A stretch of DNA of 62,930 bases, the filler included, from Lenisia limosa (Eukaryota > Protista > Breviatea): NCBI GenBank assembly GCA_001655205.1. It is 11 parts of 11 records of this genome, joined end to end, with 100 filler letters (N's around TTAATTAATTAA, not from the genome) between each part and the next. Parts side by side here need not be neighbours in the genome. Positions count along the whole stretch, not along the records: positions 1 to 15,301 come from LPNZ01008547.1; 10 more parts are not named here. The stretch is one strand, 5' to 3'. The notes beneath the pieces were generated by a model. That model had not been told where the DNA came from, searched no databases, and worked only from the letters and a program-made list of their open reading frames with translations. Positions 1 to 11,229 of this stretch are shown here, piece after piece (the stretch's first letter is position 1; every line of letters begins with the position of its first letter). Both the position numbers and the translations under genes were made by a program.

Positions 1-82
1 CTATTTGCTATTGATGAGTTATTTACAAGTCACACTACATCCCTCTCTCTCATTCCATCCTCCAAATGACCACTCTCCTTAG

Positions 83-2114
83 GCCCCCGCTCTCTTTTTC
101 GTTCACGATATGCTTGGATCCTCACAATCGATTATCACCTTCCTGGCTATCGTCCTGCCTAAGGTGTGGGGGGCTTTATCCTTAGGGCTTCACTTCGGTT
201 CGAAAAAAAAACAGGTAAAATTTTGAAAGTGTCAAGGATTTATCGAGAAATTCAGTCTTTTTTCGAACCGAAGTGAAGCTTTACTTATCCTCTATCGACA
301 ATTCTTTTTAGTAGCCAACTCTTGACAATATACATGGATTATAATCCAATATCTCTTTTCTGCGTGATGTTTTGTTTACGGCTTCGGCCAGATACCATAA
401 TCCAACATCTCTTCTAAGCGTGATGATGTGGACGTCTTCGGCCGGATACCATCTTGTTTTATTTCTCATCTCTCTATGTTGTGACCGGGAAAAGGCTTGA
501 CCTGTTTTCCTTGGGAATCCGGTCAAGACTTATCCCGGCCACTGTATATCATAGCAAATCGGTCAAGACTTATCCTGATCACTCTATTATTCTTAGGGCT
601 CCGTGTAATTAATTTTTTGAAGAAATTAATTGACCAAATTTGAAATAAAAGTGTCAGAAATTGTGTTAACAAATTTTGCAATTATTTTTTCAATTAATTG
701 CACAGAGCCCTAGTTCATCTTGCGCTGACAGGATTGTAGGACTTCTCCAGTGATTACTTCAAAAGCTATAAGTCAGGCAAAAGCAACTTGTGGCAACTCA
801 CNNNNNNNNNNNNNNNNNNNNNNNNNNNNNNNNNNNNNNNNNNNNNNNNNNNNNNNNNNNNNNNNNNNNNNNNNNNNNNNNNNNNNNNNNNNNNNNNNNN
901 NNNNNNNNNNNNNNNNNNTGTAAGAAGGGTCATTATCATCAATGTTTGAGGCACCATAATTAGTATGTTCCGTCTTATGGGTATTTATCCGACACTCTAG
1001 GGCCTTTATCTCCTAAAATGATTTGTATTGTTCCGGAGTTATCCCTCTTGCAGCCGAATCCTCCAGTTTTCAATTATATCTACTTCAATACACTCATCTA
1101 ATTCAAATATACAGTGACTGGGATAGGCCTTGGCCGATTTGCTATGTGATTATTTCCCAAGTCAACACTTCCCGGTCACTGTACATAATATATCCTTGCG
1201 ATTCGTTTTTGGAATAGTAGTGAGCAATTTTACAAATTTACATAACACTATCAAGTGAGCGCCGAGTGATATCTAATTTCCCTCCAGATATTGGCTTTGC
1301 CATAATTGGGGCCTTTATCTCGTCTCTGCTGTCTACATCATTTGCAAGCTACGCATCCCCACGTTCTTTTGTTTTCTCAATGATTGGAGGGTGGGGGGGT
1401 TATTAATATGTAATTCACAAGTAAGGGTAACAAATAAACGTTAAGGATAACGCCTTAAAGCAGGGTTTCTTCAACCATTTTCATGAATTATTTTCTCTGT
1501 TATGTTGTTTAAATGAGTACTTAAGGGGGTGGTGTCAGAGGAAAGTGACCACAAGCTGATGGTCTCTCCACCCACCTCCCCCATCCTCTCCCCTAGGGTC
1601 GAGGGGAGTGGGGGGGACTGAGGAGAGAGGTGGGTTTTTTCGGTTTCAATAACAGTCCATGTTACCCCCCCCCCCTCAGTTGTCAGCCAACAGTGTTAAT
1701 TCGGCTTGTTTGTTTCATCAATTTTCCAATTTTACTCCGCCAGATTCCTTATCATCTTCGGAGCACGAATGGCCGGGGGCTGTACATCAGGCCATGGCAT
1801 TTCGGGGATTGCTCAGGGGAATATTCGGTATGATAATTAATTGGTTTATCGGATAAATCCTATTAAGGAGATATTTGTTATGATGGTGTTTTCAAGGGCT
1901 TCACCTGAGTCCCAAAAGCGGTAATATATCAATAGTTTACGAGGATTTATCGAGAAATTTAGTCTTTTCTACCCGAAATGAATTTTTTTTACACCAATGA
2001 AACGAAGCGAAAACAAACTAACCATGAAGGTCCTACATGGCAGTTGGTACGATGTTCGGAGCGGGAATCGTTACTGCAATTGTAATGAAAGCTGTGGAGT
2101 TTCTTGTAATGTAA
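83..2114 (+). CDS. YeeE/YedE (thiosulfate/sulfur transport family) membrane protein, spliced, 5'-partial
   Basis: Exons 83-163, 740-~802 (into gap), 1288-1390, 1744-1827 and 2030-2114 join at GT..AG to give APALFFVHDMLGSSQSIITFLAIVLPK|DFSSDYFKSYKSGKSNLWQL..IGFAIIGAFISSLLSTSFASYASPRSFVFSMIGG|FLIIFGARMAGGCTSGHGISGIAQGNIR|SYMAVGTMFGAGIVTAIVMKAVEFLVM*. GARxAGGCTSGHGISG is the family signature. Confidence 0.88.
183..283. mobile_element. MITE family A (hAT-type), intronic copy
   Basis: TIR TAGGGCTTCACTTCGGTTCGAAAAA ... TTTTTCGAACCGAAGTGAAGCTTTA around the shared internal core; about 100 bp. Confidence 0.9.
341..470 (+). repeat. Dispersed repeat D (two head-to-tail units)
   Basis: Unit AATCCAATATCTC..AAGCGTGATGGTGTGGACGGCTTCGGCCAGATAC..TTTTATTTCTCAT. 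Also near 2165-2265, 15058-15140, 26160-26200 and 39130-39210, and reversed near 22340-22430, 33845-34060, 50470-50530, 56165-56235 and 62590-62655. Confidence 0.8.
594..712. mobile_element. MITE family A2 (TAGGG-ended, different interior)
   Basis: TAGGGCTCCGTGTAATTAATT ... AATTAATTGCACAGAGCCCTA inverted repeats; related copy at about 42558-42678. Confidence 0.75.
1112..1181. mobile_element. MITE family B (Tc1/mariner-like)
   Basis: TA-CAGTGAC(C/T)GGGATA ... CCCGGTCACTG-TA. Other copies near 480-585, 13405-13482, 14196-14268, 34163-34325, 36445-36510, 41700-41750 and 60585-60635. Confidence 0.78.
1675..1743 (+). repeat. Repeat family E copy forming the 3' end of a YeeE intron
   Basis: AGCCAACAGTGTTAATTCGGCTTGTTTGTTTCATCAATTTTCCAATTTTACTCCGCCAG ends exactly at the acceptor AG (1743). 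Confidence 0.75.
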
Positions 2115-2348
2115 TTTATTCATTGTTCTACTGAGTGCATGGCGTTGTGAGGAAGATTTTTATAAACTATATCCAGTATTTCTCCTAAGCGTGATGGTTT
2201 TATGATCTTTCTTTGATTTTTCTTTTAAAAGTGTAACGGTTGAATTAAAACGGCCAGATACCATATTAATTTTTGATTTATTTATTAATAGAGTTAAAAT
2301 CGGGGGGTTTTTTTTTTCAGAAATTAGCTATTTCCCCAATAACAAGTT

Positions 2349-2530
2349 CTAAAAATCATCATCGTCGTCAAAACCAATTGTAGGCGGGGGGTTGTACACT
2401 CGATCCATCAACCCAGTGGGCGTCTCGTCATCATCAGACGAAGTGNNNNNNNNNNNNNNNNNNNNNNNNNNNNNNNNNNNNNNNNNNNNNNTTCGGCTTC
2501 CTAACGGGCGTTTTCGCCGTTTTCCTGCAA
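2349..2530 (-). CDS. Probable 3' end of an unknown gene convergent with the YeeE gene
   Basis: Minus strand reads LQETAKTPVRKPK [gap] TSSDDDETPTGLMDRVYNPPPTIGFDDDDDF*; no family recognised. Confidence 0.35.
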
Positions 2531-5500
2531 AAATTATTGAATGTGGTTCAGGATTTTGATTTTGATCAAAAAAATTTGGAAAATTGTTAAGTTGTGGATT
2601 TTGAGGAGTTTATTTTAATATTATGAACTAATTTCCATCTAAGTACACTCTTATGCTATAAATAGATATGCTCTCGATTTCAAGTGTGTACCCTGCTCAC
2701 TTTTGAGGTGGTTTTTTGCCTGGTTTTTTAGCGGTTGGTTGGGGACAGGTGATGATGTTTGAATTGTCCTAAGTGGGTAAATTTATCAAGTTTTCATATG
2801 ACTTGCTCTGTCACCGTATTAGTAGTATATTACTATTCTTCATTATTCTTATTGTATTCATCATATAGCTAACCTCCCCTGTTTACCAAATTTTCATCTT
2901 TTTGAAGGGACTTTGAAGGAGTCTGAATGCAATGAATTTAGTAATTTGGTAACAAATGACTCTTTTATTTCTCATTATTTGAAACTCCAATGTCTCATAT
3001 AAGGATGATAGTGTATGCGGCTTCGGCCAGATACTGCCTATTGTGTTTTCGCCGTCACATGTAATCGCAAACCACTCTGGCGCATCAACTTGGGAATCCC
3101 ATAAATTTTTTCAGATTTTCATAAAATTACATGAAATTCCCATTATTTTTATGGGAATACCAAGTCAATGCGCAGTTTTGCATCCTTTTCCTATTCTTTC
3201 CTTTACATCCCCCCTATACACTAATTTTCTTCTGTGTTTCCTCTGTCTTTTTGGGTGGGACACTTCGTGCCTAAAGAGGTCATGCAGAAAATTTTTGTAA
3301 TTCAGTTGTTTTTCAATTTAACAGTCTTTCACTTCAAAAGAAAATGACAACTAGCCCACTCTTTTTGGTGGAGTGGTATTCTTCGGGGTTTTCGGGGCAG
3401 GTTCTTTCTAAATTGTCAGCCTGATAAATGTGTTGGGGGGAGGGATGTTGATCCATAGTTTCTCTTTTTGTCATATTGTGCAATCGTATATTTTCCCACA
3501 GAGTAGCAGTCATATTTTGAAACTGTTTCTAACTCTAGAAAAGATTCAAAACCAATGTGAAGTGATAGGATATGATAGGTTAAACAGCGAAGCGAGATTC
3601 CTACTCCTACAGCTTTTTTGGACGGAGTTCGTGAGTTCTTCGATTTTGGTGTTTTTGGCGTTTTTGAAACTTTTGCGTCTCTATAACATTAATTTACATT
3701 CTGGTGGTTAATATGACGGGTTATTAGAAGACTGTTATTGTGGACGGAGATGGGACAGGTGGAAATGGGTGAGTAGGGGAGATGAGGTGTTGGATACTGA
3801 TGAGAAGTGACATTACAACGAGTTCGAACCCTCTACTCTACTTCCTTTCTTTTCAATACCCAAAGCCTTCTAAATTAATATGGCATAAAATGTAATTTCA
3901 TCAAGAGGTCAGAAATATGTCTTCATATGTACATTTAAATGAACCGGATAATTATCCTGGAAACAATCTGCAAAATTCATTGCGACAGTTTTCGAAACCC
4001 ACTTCACTTCTGATGAATACCCTGGGAACAAGGCTCGCATAATCCACTGTGAGGTTGCTGATTTGTGGAGTGTTGCCTGTTTTGTTAAATAATAACAAAC
4101 AACACAGATTTGATTATATCTAAAGAAGTTTATGTATCAAAGCAATGATAATGACAATGTTCTTGATGTATATTTCTCTAATCAAAGTTTAAAAGTTAGT
4201 TATTCATAAGTTCGAAATAATTGAAAGATAATAGTCCAAGAAGTGTTGGTTTTCCTTTCACAAAGAAAGACCGGAAAAAATGGCAAGATTCCAGTGCAGT
4301 TAAATTTCTTCTTGTTTGAAAGATCACAACTGGTTATTCTCATATGTAGATAAATACTGAATTTCTAGATAATTCGTCGATTGTATATTTTGTTGACACC
4401 AATATTTTCGAACCATCATACCACATAACCAAACATTCCAATATTTCAGTTCATAACACTTAGCCCAACCCACTTCAACGTTCTTGATGATACTGTCAAC
4501 TGCTACTGGTATCACATCGGGTTGGATCATCATCTGATGATCAGGATTTTCATGGGAATCCCATGGGGGCGTTCAGGGTAAATGGACAATTGTTATGTAT
4601 CAAGTGTTGGGATTTTACTTTGTTCAGTTGAGGGAGGGTGCCTGGTAATGACTTATGATGGAGGGTTAACCAATTTATGGGTGTTATGAATGTAAATAAT
4701 GCATGTATAGTACATATAAACTTTGGTTGGATTCACATCTGGTGTATATATGTATTTATACGGAAAAATGTATTGAGGTCAAAATATGGACATATGGAAA
4801 TGAAATATCAAGAATTAAGCTGAAAATATTAGATATGAATCAATTTAACTCCCGGACAGCCTCAAAACTTTTGCTACACCAAAACTCCCAACAGTTTGCA
4901 AAAGTATTCAAAAACATATCAATGGATTTTCCCTTGATTTCACGGTTCCTACCTTGGTGATTTCGATTTGCTGTCTCAGGAGGGGGCAGTAATTTTCGTG
5001 AGATGTCTGATTGGTAAGGTTTTAGAAGAATAAAAGAGAATAAAATGGTGTAAAATGGACAATTGAGAAACAATCAAAGCAAATCTACTGTTTTATAATG
5101 AAGAGATGTACACAGTAAATATATTCTTAATATAATGGGAGAGTTACGGATATTTCATATTTATTACATATTATTTTAAAAAATATATGACGTAATAAAC
5201 AAGACATCTCGGTTTTCTCCCCCTATCAAACATCCTCAAACTTGGGTGAGATTGCAATCGCTGTTCTGAATGGCCAAACTGCTGATCAAAAGAGTCATGC
5301 CAGTCTAAAGGTCAAAATGTTGCTTGTGGACTTTACGCTCTATAATAATTTTCCCAAAACCTTGATTGTATCCACAATCCTCATAAAAAAATCCCATTAT
5401 CTCAAAGAATTCATATTCCAATCTCTACCTCCAACAAACTTCAACAAGAGAGTTGGCCACAGCCAGCTGATGGACAGAAATGTTGGATTTGCTGTACTAA

Positions 5501-6003
5501 AGTGGTTAATTTTACATTCTTTCTACTGTGGAAATATACCGAAGAATCAGTATGGAATTTTCCTTATGTTTCTCATTTTGCCCTACTTAACTCTTGTCAA
5601 ATTACCAAACTTATCAAACGTTCCACTGACAAACGGCAAATTACCCAACTTATCATTCAAAAATTACCCAACACCACCACTACTACCTGCAAAAGAAGCT
5701 CGACAATAATGTGATGTGCTCTTGTCAATTGTTTACTTGATGCTAAATTGTGTTAATACAGCCCTCAATTTAACTCTAATACCTTTGCTTAACTTGAACA
5801 CAAAACCTTCTACTTACCTTGTCCTCCACATACTACCTGATGCTGGCATTTGAATCGTGCTGCTAGTTCAACCAACGACGTAATTGCACCTGAAATGTCA
5901 CATTACCGACAGTTTGGTACCAGTTCTTGTGACACAGTCACCGCTAACTAATTTTCTTAAGGTAAACTGTGTTAGCGGTGACTACAACACCGGAACTGGT
6001 ACG

Positions 6004-7862
6004 AAACTTTGCTTCAATTAGTATGATTATTGCCAGCAAAATTCCGCAGCCCCTCGTGAACCATGTATTAAACCTTGCCACTAGGCCAGTTGGTACGTGT
6101 GCAGTCATAGCCAAGTAATTTCACATGACATCCTGGGCTTCGCGTTGGTTCAAGAAAAGACTGAATTTCTCGGTAAATCTTCTATAAATATCGATATTTT
6201 ATCAGTCCTTTTTGACCAAAGTGAAGCCCTAATTACAGCTAATATGAAAGTAGTTGCATATGTACGGTGACAGTGGTAATCTTGACAGATATTCTAATAT
6301 TTCCTTTCAAAATAAGCATTCATAATTACATAGTGTTTAACATAACATGATTTTAAGTTTACACACAGTTTACATACCATCAAAAATCATCAATAATCGA
6401 GCTGACCATTACACTTATCACATTTTCCTTTTCTACATTCACTTACAGCCATTCACATATTATCACAATCGCCAATGTTTAGGTGAAGACTGATTGTGGT
6501 CAGTATAAAGAATCCACCCACCATCACAATCACCAAGATACTTATCCGCCAGAAGCAGTTTGCCAATTCCAAGGCCTGTCGTGAGGCTTAGACCCAGAGT
6601 AGTGTTTGATTCTGAAGTTGTTAAACGGGTTGAATATATTATATATTATATACATATTATATATTCTATATTTATCCCTCATTTATGCCAAAAAGAAAAT
6701 TGCATCACAATTTCCCATAAATACTAAATAAAACAACTTCCATCATTATTTTCCCGTCCTACCTAATAGAACATCTTCCAGCAAAAACTGTAGACTGTTG
6801 TCTTCCTCTTCAGATTCAGTTTCAGCCATTTGTCCGGTCATTATCCCGGCATCATTGACTTCAAGGTTTTGGATGTTGGGGTATTCTAAATGGTTATTTG
6901 GACAAACATCTCTTATATTCAATTATTTATGGGATTACTAAGGCGCATCGACTTGGGATTCTTGTAAAAACGTTGGAATTCCCATATTTTACATGAAAAT
7001 TCCATTGACTTTATTGACATTTGAAGAAATTTATGGGATTCCCAAATAATTCATGGTTATCCCAAGTCGATGCGTCGTAGTATTGTTAAAAAGGTTTTTT
7101 GTCAAAAAAAAACTTGGCAACATATCGATTTGCGTCCTTATTTTAACACTAATGATATAGAATACCCCCTTTTTGGGTCATTTTCACATGTGTGACTATC
7201 TTTTTCAATGTAGTCATATGAACACCGTTTTATTTTTTATTTGTACAACATACATGTACATATACATTTTACTCAATAAAACCTCTCACGGAAGCACATC
7301 TGCCAGAGCACAGAAGCTGAAATCTCTTGGATGCCAGGTTGAGGCTGCAGACCCCCATGATGCACTGAATATCATGAAATAATATATTTGGTGTACAATA
7401 TCATGAAATAATAGAATACAACTATAATAAAGGTATGAAAATTCACATGATTAAGGAATGTCTTCTCAAGGTTGTAAATCAATTCCTTGAGCAAGCTGCA
7501 AAGTTGTCAGCACTTAGCCAAACACTGTGAATGCACCTCAAAAAGTATTTATTTCAAGTTACTTTTCATGGAAAATGAATAAATACAATATTCTGTACAC
7601 ATAAGCGAAAAGTCCGGACACGATTGAAAAAAGATATTACTTAGTATCCGCCTCAGGATTTATCGCGGTCAGCGTACACTGATACTGACCGAGATAAGAT
7701 TTCAACAATATGCTCTATAATTTCCCAAAGAAAGTTAGTAAGCGGTGACTGCACACGTACCAATTGGCCTAATGGCAAGGTTCAATGCGTGGTGCACGAG
7801 GGGCTGGGGAATTTTGCTGGCAATCAGCATTACACACTATTGTGTCAAATTGAAGCAAAGTT
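6004..7862. mobile_element. ~1.9-kb segment bounded by ~105-115-bp inverted repeats
   Basis: 6004-6107 (AACTTTGCTTCAATT..TTGCCAGCAAAATTCC..GCCCCTCGTG..TTGGTACGTGTGCAGTCA) is the near reverse complement of 7746-7862. No TSD identified. Confidence 0.55.
6937..7082. mobile_element. MITE family C (CACTA-like hairpin)
   Basis: ACTAAGGCGCATCGACTTGGGATTC ... ATCCCAAGTCGATGCGTCGTAGT. Relatives near 3071-3180, 22095-22182, 28483-28600 and 32231-32317. Confidence 0.7.
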
Positions 7863-7974
7863 CTGGTGTTACAGTCGGTTTTGTGTAAAATTGAAGCAAA
7901 TTTTGGTCACAGTTCTGGCGTTTCAGAAGTGTTTGGTTGATAATTCGTCAATTCAAAATACTACAAATTACGAT

Positions 7975-10800
7975 ATTGTCTGAAATGTCAGCAGATGATT
8001 TAAAAATTACTTGCCAAGCTATTTTGCCGATTATTGGATCTCACATTCAAAGCTACCGCAGAGAGGTCTGCAAATCGGCTGTCTATAAGCCGCTGCAAGA
8101 AGAGATAGAAAGTTAATTGGCAGCCTTCAAGCGGCTGGGTTTCAAGCTCTATTGGACTTTGGTCATCGTCGTTATCAAGGTCAACAGAAGCAATATTGTT
8201 AAATAGAAGTAGCTGAGCCTGGCTTCTGGATGTGTGAGATACATGTTAAATATGAAATTATTCCAATAATTATTAAATGAGGTAAATGAATAAAACTAAG
8301 ATCAGTACTTGAAAATAATGCCAAATTATTGGTATTTGCTCAAGTCGCTGATGAAATTTAATTCATACAAAACAGAAAACAAGTTTTCTTGGTGTGTAAT
8401 CTCCCACATACGAAGATTGGCATCCTTCACTCAGTTGTACAAGGACCATTACGAGCCGGCTTGCTCTAAATAGTAAGCAATAAATTACGTATATATATCT
8501 TCTTTAATTCCACATATGTACGCTTTGTAAGGATAACTTGTTGTTGTTTTCGAGCTTCATAAGACCACGTATTTATTAGAATGAAATTTGAAGTGAGACA
8601 CATTGTACTTATCCAATTCCCTCTGATATTGGTGATATTGTCATTAACTTTCAAGTAATGCAGCATTTTCCAGCCCCACTTGGATTGGTCCGCTAAAGTC
8701 CAGGTCTGCGGGTTGAGCGCCAATAAATGTTGAACTGAGCAGTAAGCAAAGATATAATATCCAAGTTTATTGAGCTTTCCTAGACAAGATAGAGACCGCG
8801 GTAAGTCTTGACACGACTGACGTTATGGGAATCTCAAATATCCCAATATCTTTGAGATTAAAATACGGGGTTATTTTTCTTCATGTTATCCATTCCTATG
8901 TATGATTTTTAGATCCCTAAATTGTGTTTTATTCCAACAGTTTTTCTTTTTGTCATATATATGGGGAAATGATCACCCACTTACGCCAGTCACAGATGTT
9001 GCTTTGAAGGTGCGCCAATATTTCTTTAAAACTTCCTCTGCACACTTGAGTTAAGACTCGAAGGGCTTTTAAAGGGGTCTCATATGATCTGAGAGGTGAA
9101 ACATAAGTATTTATCATTTTGTGACAGGAATGGCAAATAATAATACAATTTATCAGAAATATCGCTCAGAATAATTGATATCAAAATACAGTCTTAAGTT
9201 GTGTCTTACTTGAATTTTGTTGAAAAAATCATTTCAACAAGAATATTTGCCAAGTCTGTACGATTTTGTCCTATTTTGAGACTCGGGTTTGCTTTGACAC
9301 TGCTTTCAATGATGGAAATTGTGGAGCACTGGCACAGTTAGAATAATGAAATATCGAAAAGATCTGGTTTAAAAGAAAACAAAAAAAAAACTGCACGAAA
9401 TATTTTGTTCCCCAGGATATGTGGTATTAAAGGATTTCTGCTTCCGGTTTCCTCAACTGACTTGGACAGAATCATTTCCCTCCATTTGCTTCCATACGGT
9501 ACTATTGGGGCATTAATAAGATTAAAAACTTGGCAAAAGAGGAATAATTTGCAAATAATAATTGAAGATTTTTGAAGCAATGTGAAGGTAAAATTAGAAA
9601 TGATTCAAACATTATGAAATTCAGCTCAGCTAATGTCAGACTGTGCTCCATTTATCCTTGTAAACGCTTTTGTAAACTCTACTTACCCAATCATATCAAT
9701 TTCGGGAATGTTCTGAGTGGCCTCATCCTCCATTTCAGCCAAGATTAAACCGTCCATGTACATTTCCAGCCTACGGCGTGAGAAACAGATTAGTATTGAT
9801 TTACTATAAAGCTCGTGTATTCCAAACAAGATACAAATATATCGATATGTATCATGTTATAAAAAGATCAAATGTTTACAAAGATTATCAAGATAATCGG
9901 TGGGAAAGTTCAAATTCATAGATATGATTCGCGCAATATACCATATCATCTGACTAGAACCAATTTCTATAATAAGTGTGTGCATCGAGTTGTAAGGCAA
10001 ATGATTGGGTGAATATGTTACATACAGCTTACAAAAGCCATTTTTCATGAAAAGGGTCAGAAATGTCATCTTGAGCAACTTCCATGGTCGTCTTCACCGT
10101 TAATAAAACTTGGCAGTATTAGTGATAGGAGTCTCGTGGTCTTTTGTGACGTAGCTCCGAACTCAAAGGACTGCTTTTGTTCAAAGAAGGAGTGAGATTT
10201 CAGGTTACAGGCTGGTTATTGCTTTTGGCTTTGACTTTCAATGAAATTTGATAAACTGCTTTTTGACGCTATTTAATACTAACAGACAAGAGAACAGTTT
10301 GTGAATAGAAGTTCAACCAATGACAGATATTTTTGATCAAAGATCACAAGGATTTTGCCAAAAAAATTTAAACATTGAGGGTTAGTTGTTATTTTCTTAA
10401 AAGTCCACTACAAGATTAGTTTTTGTTGTAGTTTATACTGTAATCTAGGTAGAGAATGGTTGAGAAAGCAAGCAATGGACTTTCTCGTGAACAGTCAACG
10501 GTCTACGACAGACAGATCAGGTATCTATCACCTTTTTTTGCTATTATAATCTCATTCATTAAGACTTTGGGGCCTTGATGTTCAACAGAGGTTTGTCCGT
10601 TGATCGCTTAACCTTCCCCTCCCCTTCTTCTCTTCCATCCACAACGTTAATTGTGCAATAAACTCGAATCAAGGAGGTAATGGGCTGATTATCCTCCAGA
10701 CTGTCGTCAGCTCGGCTTCTCTTCATTGGAATTTCGGGAAGCGCGGTTGAGATCTTGAAGAATGTCGTTTTGTCAGGTGTTGGCGAAGTTTGCAGGGGGT
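7975..10800 (-). pseudogene. Degenerate spliced coding-like region, unknown product
   Basis: Short protein-like stretches with splice-like ends (LEMYMDGLILAEMEDEATQNIPEIDMIG; QAQLLLFNNIASVDLDNDDDQSPIELET; SRVKTYRGLYL) interrupted by stops; no continuous model could be built. Confidence 0.3.
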
Positions 10801-11229
10801 ATCTTGGGGTGTTATTGTTTATTGTGTTTGTGGGGGAGGGGGGGATTGAGCGACTTTTGAGTCGAAATGATGACCCATATACGCTAATGAAATGATCATA
10901 AGACCATCTTTATACTCGCAACGATATTTCCCTTGATTTGCAGTAACAAAGTCCCAATAATTTCACCTTCCTTAGGTTATCCTCCATGACCCTCAGCCAT
11001 GCTCAGAGAGGGACTTAGAAGTCAATTTCCTCCTCGAAGATAAGCCTTCTGTGGGGTAAGGGTGGAATTGGGGTAAGAGTAAGAGTTGTTTTAGAGGGTG
11101 GAAGTTTCTGAGAGGATTTTAGAGGAAAGAAGTTGTTTCTTACATTTTAAGAGTAGTTATCATTTCGCAGGTATCAATGTGGACTTGTGTTTACTGTATT
11201 GTAGAGAAGTGAGGGAGTTGTGAAGGCGG

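Noticed and set aside
8770-8825. Pif1/Helitron helicase (SRVKTYRGLYL resembles motif VI)
   Set aside because: It is a single short match followed by a stop, and none of the other Pif1 or Rep motifs was found upstream.
3960-11060. Alternative genetic code explaining in-frame stops in scaffold 1
   Set aside because: Well-supported genes end in TAA or TAG and have no internal stops; decay or unrecognised introns explain it more simply.
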